Positions 9,447-18,319 of a DNA stretch of 43,346 nt are shown here, piece after piece. Both the position numbers and the translations under genes were made by a program. Below the pieces are notes generated by a model that did no database searches, was not told the origin of the DNA, and saw nothing but the letters and a program-made list of their open reading frames with translations. Within the stretch, counting starts at the first letter, position 1, and each line of letters starts with the position of its first letter. Source of the stretch: Burkholderiales bacterium (GTDB lineage: Bacteria; Patescibacteriota; Minisyncoccia; Phycocordibacterales; UBA9973); NCBI GenBank assembly GCA_023701005.1, contig JAMPXW010000002.1, positions 1 to 43,346 on the forward strand. The letters run 5' to 3'.

Positions 9447-10577
9447 ATGGAAAATTCCCCGCTTTCTCGTATAGAATTATCTAAAAACAATTTAATTCAT
9501 AATTTTAAAGCATTAAAAAGTATTACAAAAAATACTAAGATTATAGTTGCGATAAAAGGCAATGCTTATGGTCATGGACAAAATGAGGTAGCTTCTATTT
9601 TAGAAAAATATGTAGATGCTTTTCAAGTAAATAGTTTTTCGGAACTTAAACTTTTAAGAAAAATAAGTAAAAAGAAAACATTTGTCTTGGGGTATATACA
9701 AAAAGACAATTTAAAAGAAACCATGAAGCTTGATTGTGTGTTATCTTTATTTTCTTTAGAAAATTTAGAAGAGATAAATAAAATAGCGAAATTATTAAAA
9801 ATAAAACAAGAGATACATATACCAATAGATGCTTATTTAGGGAGAGAAGGATTTTTGAAAGAAGGATTAATAGAATTTTTGAAAAAGATAAAAGATTATA
9901 AAAATATAAAATTAACAGGTATTTATGCTCATTTTGCAAACATAGAAGATACTAATAATTTTACTCACGCGAGAAAACAGATCAAAAAATATGAAGAGGC
10001 TGTAAAAATAACAAAAAAAGCTGGTTTTAAAAATATACAAACACATATCTCTGCAACTTCTGGACTTTTGGTGTATGAAAAAAACAAAGCTATCAATTCT
10101 TTCGTACGTTTAGGTATAGGCATATATGGTTTATGGCCTTCAGAACATATTAAATTTCTATATAAAAATAAATTAGAATTAAAACCAGTTCTTTCATGGA
10201 AAACTAAAATAGCTCAAATAAAAAATGTTCCTGCTGGATATACTATAGGTTATGGATTAACTTATATGACGTACGCACCAAAGAAAATAGCAGTGATTCC
10301 ACTTGGGTATGCTGATGGTATAAGTAGGAATTTTTCTAATAAAGGTGAAGTTTTAATAAAAGGAGAAAAATGTAAAATTTTAGGACGCTTAGCTATGAAT
10401 ATGTTTGTTGTGGATGTCACACACATCAAAGATATAAAAAATGAAGAAGAAGTTGTGATTTTAGGCAAACAGGGAAGTGAACATATCACAGCTGACGAAA
10501 TGGCAAATAAAATAGGCTCTATCAATTATGAAATTGTCACAAACATAAGCCCACTTTTACCTAGGGTTATTGTTTAA
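9447..10577 (+). CDS. alr: alanine racemase
   Basis: IKGNAYGHG (PLP lysine), GYADG, INYEI. Confidence 0.95.
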   Translation: MENSPLSRIELSKNNLIHNFKALKSITKNTKIIVAIKGNAYGHGQNEVASILEKYVDAFQVNSFSELKLLRKISKKKTFVLGYIQKDNLKETMKLDCVLSLFSLENLEEINKIAKLLKIKQEIHIPIDAYLGREGFLKEGLIEFLKKIKDYKNIKLTGIYAHFANIEDTNNFTHARKQIKKYEEAVKITKKAGFKNIQTHISATSGLLVYEKNKAINSFVRLGIGIYGLWPSEHIKFLYKNKLELKPVLSWKTKIAQIKNVPAGYTIGYGLTYMTYAPKKIAVIPLGYADGISRNFSNKGEVLIKGEKCKILGRLAMNMFVVDVTHIKDIKNEEEVVILGKQGSEHITADEMANKIGSINYEIVTNISPLLPRVIV

Positions 10578-10595
10578 ATAGAAATTATATTAATA

Positions 10596-10623
10596 TTGAT
10601 TTTTGTAAACTTTGTGCTATAAT
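10596..10623 (+). promoter_or_regulatory. sigma70-type promoter
   Basis: TTGATT-16 nt-TATAAT with extended TG. Confidence 0.6.
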
Positions 10624-10679
10624 CATAAATTATAGTTTTTTGAAAACACTAATTAAATAAAACAAAAAAGAGGTGTATT

Positions 10680-11492
10680 TTGGAAAAAGAATCAAAAAAC
10701 CCTTTGTCTGAGGATATGAAAAAGTTGTTATGTAGAGTAAACACCTTAATTCCTCAAAAGAAAAATCTTAAAAAAGTTGCCCTTTTATTAGATGACTTTA
10801 ATACTAGTCCACATACTCTATCAAAAGAAATAAGTAAAAATTTAAGTCTTTTAGCGAAAGTTTTTGCTATTGCGAATTCCCCATTCTTTGGTTTAGTTAA
10901 AAGAGTCTCAGCTATAGAATTTGCAATAATGACTATTGGTTTTGAGGAGATACGTAATGTTACTGCAGCTTTACTTGCCTGGGAAAGCTTAGATTTAAAT
11001 GATAGACAAAAAAGTATAATAAAATATTCGGTTTTGTCTTCGCGTATAGCGAGAAAGATTGCCATGGATTATGGATTAGCAAAATCTGCGGAGGCTGGTC
11101 TTATTGCTTTATTTGCCAACTCAATTTTCATTTCTTCTCAAAAAATTACCGAAGAAATTGAAAATAATAATTTTTCTCATTACGAAGCTTCTGCTTTTGT
11201 TCTCGAAAAATGGAATTTCCCTCAAATTATTACTAATGGGATTAAAAACTTCGAAAAACCAGAACTTGCAGAGGGTTCATACACGATAACTTCTGTAGCT
11301 AATCTGGCTTCTTATATTGCGGCAGATTTGCTCGGTCTAAAAGAGAATTGGAGGATTGAGGATCCTTCTTTGTATGTATTAGAAAAATTAGGCTTAGAAG
11401 AAGAAAAAAAATTAAAGGAATTTAGGGATACATATGAAGAATCTTTTTTGGTCATGAAAAAATCTTTAGATTCAGATGAAGATTTATTTTAA
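10680..11492 (+). CDS. HDOD-domain protein
   Basis: LLAKVFAIANSPFFG, AIMTIGFEEIRN, HYEASAFVLEKWNFP. Confidence 0.85.
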   Translation: MEKESKNPLSEDMKKLLCRVNTLIPQKKNLKKVALLLDDFNTSPHTLSKEISKNLSLLAKVFAIANSPFFGLVKRVSAIEFAIMTIGFEEIRNVTAALLAWESLDLNDRQKSIIKYSVLSSRIARKIAMDYGLAKSAEAGLIALFANSIFISSQKITEEIENNNFSHYEASAFVLEKWNFPQIITNGIKNFEKPELAEGSYTITSVANLASYIAADLLGLKENWRIEDPSLYVLEKLGLEEEKKLKEFRDTYEESFLVMKKSLDSDEDLF

Positions 11493-11497
11493 AACGA

Positions 11498-11526
11498 GCC
11501 CTTTACTTACAAAAGTAGGGGGCTTT
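11498..11526 (+). terminator. intrinsic terminator
   Basis: agccctttactt-acaa-aagtagggggct followed by T-rich tail. Confidence 0.65.
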
Positions 11527-11580
11527 CTGCTTTTTATATAATATATTGCTATTTTTGTTATTTTATATTAATCTATATGT

Positions 11581-11739
11581 ATGTCACAAGAAAGACTTAT
11601 AAAACTTGCATGTACTACCTGTAAGCGCATAAATTACTGGTCTAGTAAGAATAAAAAACTCGTCACTAAAAAGATTGAGCTCAGAAAGTATTGCAAATGG
11701 TGTAAAAAGCAAGTAAAGCATAAAGAAATTAAGAAATAA
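11581..11739 (+). CDS. rpmG: 50S ribosomal protein L33 (Zn-binding form)
   Basis: Not in ORF track; hand translation MSQERLIKLACTTCKRINYWSSKNKK...IELRKYCKWCKKQVKHKEIKK (52 aa). Confidence 0.95.
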   Translation: MSQERLIKLACTTCKRINYWSSKNKKLVTKKIELRKYCKWCKKQVKHKEIKK

Positions 11740-11888
11740 TTTTTTATATTTTCCTAGTTATGGTACAATTCATTTGCAGTAAAAGTTTACTGCAAGTTCT
11801 TTTTATTGGAGTTTTTCTCTCGAGGAAGACTCTGGGAATACTTTATTTTTAATTTTGTATTTCCATACCCTGGCTTTTGTCGGGGTAT

Positions 11889-11959
11889 GGGCGATTAGTT
11901 TAGTGGTAGAACGAAGGTCTCCAAAACCTTTGGCGGGAGTTCGATTCTCTCATCGCCCG
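11889..11959 (+). tRNA. tRNA-Trp(CCA)
   Basis: Acceptor GGGCGAT/ATCGCCC, anticodon arm AAGGT-CTCCAAA-ACCTT, GTTCGATTC T-loop; no encoded CCA. Confidence 0.95.
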
Positions 11960-11961
11960 CA

Positions 11962-12633
11962 GTGAATAAAAACTATAAATATTTGAATAGTATTGGAGTA
12001 TTTTTTGTTTCAGTTTTATTGATTTCTAATGTAGCTTCAACAAAAATATTAAATTTAGGGTGGTTTACTTTTGACGGAGGAACATTGCTTTTTCCTCTTT
12101 CTTATATTTTCGGAGATATTTTGACGGAAGTTTATGGTTATAAAAAATCTAGAAACGTTATTTGGCTTGGATTTTTTATGGCACTTATTATGTCTATTGT
12201 TTTCATCATAGTTGGCAAGCTTCCAGCTGCACCAGATTGGAATAATCAAAATGCTTATGATCTTATTTTGGGCTTAACACCTAGAATTGTTTTTGCTAGT
12301 TTGGTTGCGTATTTTTTTGGAGAATTTTCTAATTCTTTTATTTTAGCTAAAATGAAGATATGGACAAAAGGTAAAATGTTATGGTTAAGAACGATAGGTT
12401 CTACGATAGTTGGAGAATTTATTGATAGTACTTTATTTATTGTAATAGCTTTCTTCGGAATTTTGCCAAACTCACTACTTTTGACTTTAATCATTTCAAA
12501 TTATTTATTTAAGACGGGCATAGAGATATTGTTTACACCCTTAACTTACAAGATAGTTAGATTTTTAAAGAAAGAAGAGGCAGAAGATTATTATGACACA
12601 GACACAAACTTCAACCCTTTTGTGAAAAACTAA
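11962..12633 (+). CDS. queuosine precursor transporter (YhhQ/Vut_1 family)
   Basis: SNVASTK, FPLSYIFGDILTEVYG, RTIGSTIVGEFIDS; multiple TM segments. Confidence 0.9.
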   Translation: MNKNYKYLNSIGVFFVSVLLISNVASTKILNLGWFTFDGGTLLFPLSYIFGDILTEVYGYKKSRNVIWLGFFMALIMSIVFIIVGKLPAAPDWNNQNAYDLILGLTPRIVFASLVAYFFGEFSNSFILAKMKIWTKGKMLWLRTIGSTIVGEFIDSTLFIVIAFFGILPNSLLLTLIISNYLFKTGIEILFTPLTYKIVRFLKKEEAEDYYDTDTNFNPFVKN

Positions 12634-12647
12634 GCATTATGTAACTA

Positions 12648-12676
12648 TTGACTTTTAGTATAAATAATGCTATCAT
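12648..12676 (+). promoter_or_regulatory. sigma70-type promoter
   Basis: TTGACT-17 nt-TATCAT with extended TG. Confidence 0.65.
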
Positions 12677-12805
12677 ATATAGTATATTAAGTTCGTTGAT
12701 AATACCATCAAGTTATATTTATTAAGTTATTTTTGCTTCTTTAAATGGAGGTAAAGATAACTTAATAAAAATAACTAAATAAAAAACCACACAGGGAGTG
12801 TTAGT

Positions 12806-13615
12806 ATGAAAAAGCTAGTTTTACTTTTAGTTTTTCTTTCTTCATTTTTAGTAGCACAAGTTCCTAAATTTGAAAATTACATCAATGATTTAGGAAACAT
12901 GCTTTCCACAGAAGAAGAAAATCAGTTGAATCAATTTTTGAAAAGTTACCAAGATTCAACTAGCAATCAGATCGCCATACTTACTTTGTTGAATTACGAC
13001 GATCGCAACGAAGGACCTTTGTTTGATTTTACTATGAAAGTTTTTCAAAATTGGAAAATTGGGCAAAAATCAAAAAATAATGGAGTCCTTCTAATAATTG
13101 TAAAAAATCTTGCTACGAAAAATGCGGCAGGGCTTAGGATTGCTGTTGGTTATGGGCTCGAAGGAGCTCTTCCAGATGCAAGATGTAGTCAAATCATTGA
13201 AAATATTCGTCCCCTAATAAATGAAGGTAAATATTTTCAAGGGATTAGTACGGGTATTTTTAGTATAATTTCTTCCATAAAAGGAGAATTTGTAAATGAA
13301 GAGATAAAAACAAAACCTTCTTTGTCTTCTCATCAAAAAAGAATTATTATTGTGGTGAGTATCACTTCTGTAGTAGTAATACTATTTTTAATAGTATTAC
13401 TGAATAATAAAAAATCTAAAAGACGAAATTATTATGATAGAAATGATAGTAATGATCAAAATGAAAATTCTTTTAATACATTTTTTTCTTCCCATTCTTC
13501 TGGTTCTTCATATTCTTCTGATTCTTTTAGTAGTTTTAGCGGGGGAGGAGACTCTAGTGGTGGATTTGATGGTGGTGGTGGAGGAGATTGCGGCGGCGGT
13601 GGTGCAGGTGATTAG
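12806..13615 (+). CDS. TPM-domain membrane protein (YgcG-like)
   Basis: Signal peptide, W(K)IGQK..NNGVLL, RIAVGYGLEGALPD, TM helix, Gly-rich tail. Confidence 0.9.
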   Translation: MKKLVLLLVFLSSFLVAQVPKFENYINDLGNMLSTEEENQLNQFLKSYQDSTSNQIAILTLLNYDDRNEGPLFDFTMKVFQNWKIGQKSKNNGVLLIIVKNLATKNAAGLRIAVGYGLEGALPDARCSQIIENIRPLINEGKYFQGISTGIFSIISSIKGEFVNEEIKTKPSLSSHQKRIIIVVSITSVVVILFLIVLLNNKKSKRRNYYDRNDSNDQNENSFNTFFSSHSSGSSYSSDSFSSFSGGGDSSGGFDGGGGGDCGGGGAGD

Positions 13616-13625
13616 TGTTTATTCT

Positions 13626-13658
13626 AGAGTGGTTGTCTTATGGACGACCACTCTTTTT
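13626..13658. terminator. intrinsic terminator between convergent genes
   Basis: agagtggttgtc-ttatg-gacgaccactct-tttt. Confidence 0.8.
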
Positions 13659-13662
13659 GTTT

Positions 13663-14517
13663 TTATAAGATATTTTTTAGATCTATTGGCTTAGAAGCAT
13701 CAATCCATTTGATATCTTTATCTCTTTTAAACCATGTTATTTGGCGTTTGGTATATTTAATAGTTTCTTTTACTACTTTTTCATAAGTTGGATCATCATA
13801 TTCAAAACCAAATTCTTTTAATCTTTTTTCTGATACTCCAGATTTTTTGAGTTTTTTTATTTCATTAAGCAGACCATCTTTAAACATCTCTTTGACTCTT
13901 TTTTCTATTTTCTTTTTTGACTCTTCGGGGGTTAAATACAATCCGATTTTTACAAAATTATAAGCAGGGGAGTTTTGTTTAATTTTTGGGACTTTGCCTA
14001 AAGATTTCGCAATTTCAATCGCTCTTATCAAACGTACTTTATTATTTAACTCATTTTTATTTTTAATATCTTTTGCCCGTCTAGTATCAAGTTTATTTAA
14101 TATTCTGAAAAGTTCTGTTGCAGATTTTTTTTCTAATATTTTTCGAAGTTTTATATTTGGTGGAACTTCTGGAAAAGCGACACCTTTTGTAATTGCATCA
14201 ATATAAAATCCAGTTCCTCCACAAATAATTGGTATTTTGCCTCTTTTTTGTATGTCAGTGATAGCTGATATTGCTAATTTTTGATATTCTACAACTGTAA
14301 ATTTCTTTTTTGGATTCATAACATCAAGCAAATGATGAGGAATACCCTTCATTTCTTTTTGTGTAATTTTGCCTGTACCTATATCAAGCTTTTTGTATAC
14401 TTGTCTAGAATCAGCTGAAATAACTTCGCCATTCAAGATTTTAGCTGTTTTAACGGCCAAATTGCTCTTTCCTGTAGCCGTGGGGCCTAATATTATTATG
14501 ATTTTTGTTTTCTTCAT
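13663..14517 (-). CDS. miaA: tRNA dimethylallyltransferase
   Basis: GPTATGKS, SADSRQVY, GGTGFY, KRQITWF. Confidence 0.96.
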   Translation of the reverse strand: MKKTKIIIILGPTATGKSNLAVKTAKILNGEVISADSRQVYKKLDIGTGKITQKEMKGIPHHLLDVMNPKKKFTVVEYQKLAISAITDIQKRGKIPIICGGTGFYIDAITKGVAFPEVPPNIKLRKILEKKSATELFRILNKLDTRRAKDIKNKNELNNKVRLIRAIEIAKSLGKVPKIKQNSPAYNFVKIGLYLTPEESKKKIEKRVKEMFKDGLLNEIKKLKKSGVSEKRLKEFGFEYDDPTYEKVVKETIKYTKRQITWFKRDKDIKWIDASKPIDLKNIL

Positions 14518-14565
14518 TATCTATATGCTAGCATATTTATTTATAATATATATAATAGATTTATC

Positions 14566-15171
14566 ATGGATATTTATAATGAAAGTTATGGTAACTTTGT
14601 TGGTTCCGAAAATGGATATAGCGCCATCAGAAATAAATTACGTACAAACAAATTTGCCAAAATAGTTAACCCTCAAAAAGATGAATCTATTTTAGATATT
14701 GGATGCAATAAAGGTTTGTTATTATATCGCTTAATTCCCCATGCAAAAGAAGTTATCGGTATTGATATAAATGAAAAGCTAGTTTCATCTTTGAAGGATG
14801 AAAAAATAAAGTTTATGTCCGCAACCAATTTAAAATTTGCTGAAAATTCCTTTGACAAGGTTTGTGCTTTTGAAGTCATCGAACATATAGAAGAAATAGA
14901 TAAAGTTTTTTCTGAAGCTTCTAGGGTTTTGAAAAATGGAGGTAAATTTATTGTTTCTTTTCCTTTTGAGATGGTGAGAGGACAGTCTGCTATTTTGGAT
15001 GCTCTTTTTGTCTATAAAGATATATCCTATGCACGCAAATTACATGTACATAAACTCACACCAAATAAGATAAAAAAGATAGTTAAGAATTTACCTTTAC
15101 GCACAACAAAAACTCAAATAGTATTGATACCTTTCCCATCTTTTTTGATGATTTTAGAAAAAACAGATTAA
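14566..15171 (+). CDS. class I SAM-dependent methyltransferase
   Basis: ILDIGCNKG, FDKVCAFEVIEH, RVLKNGG. Confidence 0.9.
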   Translation: MDIYNESYGNFVGSENGYSAIRNKLRTNKFAKIVNPQKDESILDIGCNKGLLLYRLIPHAKEVIGIDINEKLVSSLKDEKIKFMSATNLKFAENSFDKVCAFEVIEHIEEIDKVFSEASRVLKNGGKFIVSFPFEMVRGQSAILDALFVYKDISYARKLHVHKLTPNKIKKIVKNLPLRTTKTQIVLIPFPSFLMILEKTD

Positions 15172-16706
15172 TTCTTTTTATATAATAATAAAGAAGAATT
15201 TGATATTTGCTCTGCACTAAGATCTTCCACCCAGGAAGGTTTTTTTTCTAAGACATAACCTCCGACGAGATGATAATTTTTATTTAATAATTCGTATATA
15301 AAATCTTTAAAATTTGTTGGATTTTCTTCATTTACAAAACCACTTTCTTCTCTTTGTGATACGACGATAGCCTTAGGATCATTTCGCAATATTTCATTCA
15401 TGGCTTCCTCTTTATAATCCATTTGTACTGGACTTTTAATCAAAAAAGGATAAGTGATTACAAATCTAGAACTACTTTTTCTATTTGCATAGAAAAGAAT
15501 TTGTGGTTCTGATCCAGCAATGAATATTGTGTCATTTTCCTTTGTAATTTCTTTTATTTTTTGAGCGATTATTTTTGATTCTATAAAAGGGTTGCCCATG
15601 CCATATATCCAAGTAGATATTTCGTTTGGATTTTTAAAGAATTGTGTTTGTATTGGTATGAGTATAGATATTACCAAAATAGATGAGATTATTGGGAGTG
15701 AATTATTTATATTATATTTTTTATTTAAATATGAAGATATGTATTCTATAGATCCGACTATCAATATGGCCCAAAAGGGAATTAGAATAATATAATAATG
15801 ATAAAGATTTGATTTAAAAATCATCAAGAAAGAAGTTAAAAATAAACCCAAATAAATAAAATAATTTTTAGGTTTTATGAATAAATATGATATGAGTAAT
15901 ATACATAGAAGTGGCCATTTGCTCCAAAATATATTTATTTGTCTAAAAAGAGTAGAGAAATTATTACTGACAGCGTCTAAATAATAAAAATTGTAAGTGA
16001 TAACATTTTCAAAAAAAGATTTACCCCCATCTTTCAATAAGAAATAACCTAAAAATAATAGAAGAGAAGTTGCAATACCTAAAAATATGAAAAATTTGCT
16101 TAATAAAATATTTTTGATACTTTTGTTGTTTTGCCAAATTTTAAAAAGCCAAATACAGAAAATAAATATTAAAGGTAAGAGAGAAATAGGCTTGTACAAT
16201 AAAGCTGTAATTCCTAAAAATCCAGCTGAAAATAAAACTAGAAAAGAAGATTTTTCTTTTTCATAATTAAATATAAATAGAGCCACCACACCTGTTAGTG
16301 GTAATAACATAAAAATTTCAGTATTTGCAGCTAGGCTCGTGAGATATGGGAAAGAAAGCATTGGGGCTAATATATACATGTTGGCGATGTCTGCATTTTC
16401 TCCATATTCTTTTTTGACGATTAACCCGACAAGAAAGACTATTCCAAATATAGTAATTATTTTTAACACTCTAGGAGGCCATATAGCGTTAGGATCTATT
16501 ATTTGTCCTAATGCATATGTGTAAATTATCATAGGGGGTTTCAATAAGAATGTATCTTTATATGGTAGACCTCCATTGAGTAAAATTTTAGCCGAATAAG
16601 CATATTCACCCTCATCTCTTTCAAAAGGAGTATTTATGCTGTTCCAATTTAAAATAACTATAAAAAATATTATTCCTAATATAGCTATTATTTTTTTATA
16701 TTTCAT
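15168..16706 (-). CDS. GT-C fold membrane glycosyltransferase (ArnT/PMT_2-like)
   Basis: ERDEGEY, PYKD...KPP, many TM helices. Confidence 0.85.
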   Translation of the reverse strand: MKYKKIIAILGIIFFIVILNWNSINTPFERDEGEYAYSAKILLNGGLPYKDTFLLKPPMIIYTYALGQIIDPNAIWPPRVLKIITIFGIVFLVGLIVKKEYGENADIANMYILAPMLSFPYLTSLAANTEIFMLLPLTGVVALFIFNYEKEKSSFLVLFSAGFLGITALLYKPISLLPLIFIFCIWLFKIWQNNKSIKNILLSKFFIFLGIATSLLLFLGYFLLKDGGKSFFENVITYNFYYLDAVSNNFSTLFRQINIFWSKWPLLCILLISYLFIKPKNYFIYLGLFLTSFLMIFKSNLYHYYIILIPFWAILIVGSIEYISSYLNKKYNINNSLPIISSILVISILIPIQTQFFKNPNEISTWIYGMGNPFIESKIIAQKIKEITKENDTIFIAGSEPQILFYANRKSSSRFVITYPFLIKSPVQMDYKEEAMNEILRNDPKAIVVSQREESGFVNEENPTNFKDFIYELLNKNYHLVGGYVLEKKPSWVEDLSAEQISNSSLLLYKKN

Positions 16707-16718
16707 TTTATTGAAATT

Positions 16719-18047
16719 TTATTTCAAGATTTTAATATTTGCACCAATAGAATTTAATCGTTTTGCTATCTCTTCATATCCACGATTTATCATATATACA
16801 TTTCTTAATATAGAAGTTCCAGAAGCAGCAAGCATGGATATAAGGATGACCATGGAAGGACGTAGAGCAGGAGGACAAACGACTTGAGCTGGTTTTAATT
16901 TAGTTCCGCCGTTTATATAAACTCTATGCGGGTCAGCCAAAGTGATGTTTGCTCCAAGGCGATTTAATTCTGTGAAATATATTGCTCTATTTTCATAAAC
17001 CCAGTCGTGTATCATTGTTTGCCCTTTAGCTTTTATTGCTATTGGTACAAAAAAAGGAAGATTGTCTATATTTATTCCAGGATAAGGATTGGAATGAATT
17101 TTGTCAGCGAGGGCTTTTAAATTACTTGGGAAAATCTCTATGTCTGCTAGTTTTGTTCTTTTGTTATGAGAATAATATTTTTTAAGAATTTTAAATTTTA
17201 AATTCATTCTTTTTAATTTTTCAAGTTCGAGAGAAAGAAAATCAATAGGAGAGCGAGTGATGGTCAATCTGGAATCAGTGACGATGGCAGCAGAAATAAA
17301 CATCATAGATTCTATTGGGTCCTCACTATTCCAATATTCTATATTCTTATTTATTTCTTTTATCCCGTGTACTGTCAAAGTAGAAGTTCCTATGCCTTCT
17401 ATTTTTACGCCTAAAGTTTCCAAAAAGAAACATATTTCTTGAACCATATAATTTGCACTAGCAAAAGATATGATAGTTTTTCCAGGAATGAGAGCTGAGG
17501 CTGTCAAAACATTTTCACAAGCTGTGTCTCCAGATTCGTACATGACTATTTCAGCAGGTTTTAACTTCTTGTAACTAACATCATAACTACAATTTGTGGT
17601 TTTAATTTTAAAACCTAATTTTTCTAAAGCATAAGTGTGAGCTGAGATTGTACGTTTACCTAAGTTGCATCCTTGCGCATGAGGCAATGAAAAAGATTTC
17701 AAGAAATGAGCGATAGGTCCCATAAGCATTATTATGGATCTAGTTTTTATTGCAGATTCTACATTTATTTTTTTTAATTCATATTTTTTAGGAGGAGTTA
17801 TTTTAACAGAATTTTGATTTATCCATTCTATTTTTACACCGATACTTTCTAAGATTTCTATTACTCTATAAACTTCTTCTATGCGGGCGATACCGTGAAG
17901 AGTCGTTATTCCTTTATTTAAAAGTGAAGCACAAAGAAGACCAACGGATCCATTTTTAGAAAAATTAGTAGTGATTGTTCCTGAAAGTTTATTTCCTCCT
18001 TTTACTTCAAAATCGATTAAAGAATTGTCAGATTTTTTATTTTTCAT
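16719..18047 (-). CDS. murA: UDP-N-acetylglucosamine 1-carboxyvinyltransferase
   Basis: SKN, GCNLGKR catalytic Cys loop, PYPG, YENR, RGYE; ATG at 18047 preferred over the GTG inside an upstream hairpin. Confidence 0.95.
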   Translation of the reverse strand: MKNKKSDNSLIDFEVKGGNKLSGTITTNFSKNGSVGLLCASLLNKGITTLHGIARIEEVYRVIEILESIGVKIEWINQNSVKITPPKKYELKKINVESAIKTRSIIMLMGPIAHFLKSFSLPHAQGCNLGKRTISAHTYALEKLGFKIKTTNCSYDVSYKKLKPAEIVMYESGDTACENVLTASALIPGKTIISFASANYMVQEICFFLETLGVKIEGIGTSTLTVHGIKEINKNIEYWNSEDPIESMMFISAAIVTDSRLTITRSPIDFLSLELEKLKRMNLKFKILKKYYSHNKRTKLADIEIFPSNLKALADKIHSNPYPGINIDNLPFFVPIAIKAKGQTMIHDWVYENRAIYFTELNRLGANITLADPHRVYINGGTKLKPAQVVCPPALRPSMVILISMLAASGTSILRNVYMINRGYEEIAKRLNSIGANIKILK

Positions 18048-18056
18048 AAGTTTTTT

Positions 18057-18142
18057 GGTCACAAATAATTTTTTGCTAAAAATTTTCGCGACCCGCTCCT
18101 CGCGCCGACACGCTGCGGACTCACAAAACTTTCAGTTTTGTG
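18057..18142 (-). other. structured tRNA-trailer element (two hairpins flanking a GC-rich core)
   Basis: Minus strand: cacaaaact-gaa-agttttgtg, GC-rich linker, then ggtcgcga-aaatttttagcaaaaaattat-ttgtgacc. Confidence 0.55.
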
Positions 18143-18224
18143 CCCAGGGAGAGAATCGAACTCTCATGATGTTGCCATCAATGGATTTTGAGTCCATCGC
18201 GTCTACCAATTCCGCCACCTGGGC
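18141..18224 (-). tRNA. tRNA-Leu(CAA)
   Basis: Acceptor GCCCAGG/CCTGGGC, anticodon arm ATGGA-CTCAAAA-TCCAT, long variable arm. Confidence 0.95.
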
Positions 18225-18319
18225 TTTTTACTAATCAATATTAGCAATTAACACATTTTACACAAAAAAGACTTTAAAATCAATTATTATAAAAATGAAA
18301 TTTATGTTAATATAGATTC

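Noticed and set aside
11740-11961. preQ1 riboswitch upstream of the queuosine-precursor transporter
   Set aside because: No recognisable preQ1-I stem-loop with A-rich tail was seen, and a tRNA occupies the immediate upstream position
13490-13612. GC-rich low-complexity stretch as another palindromic insert
   Set aside because: It encodes the Ser/Gly-rich tail typical of TPM-domain proteins and is not palindromic
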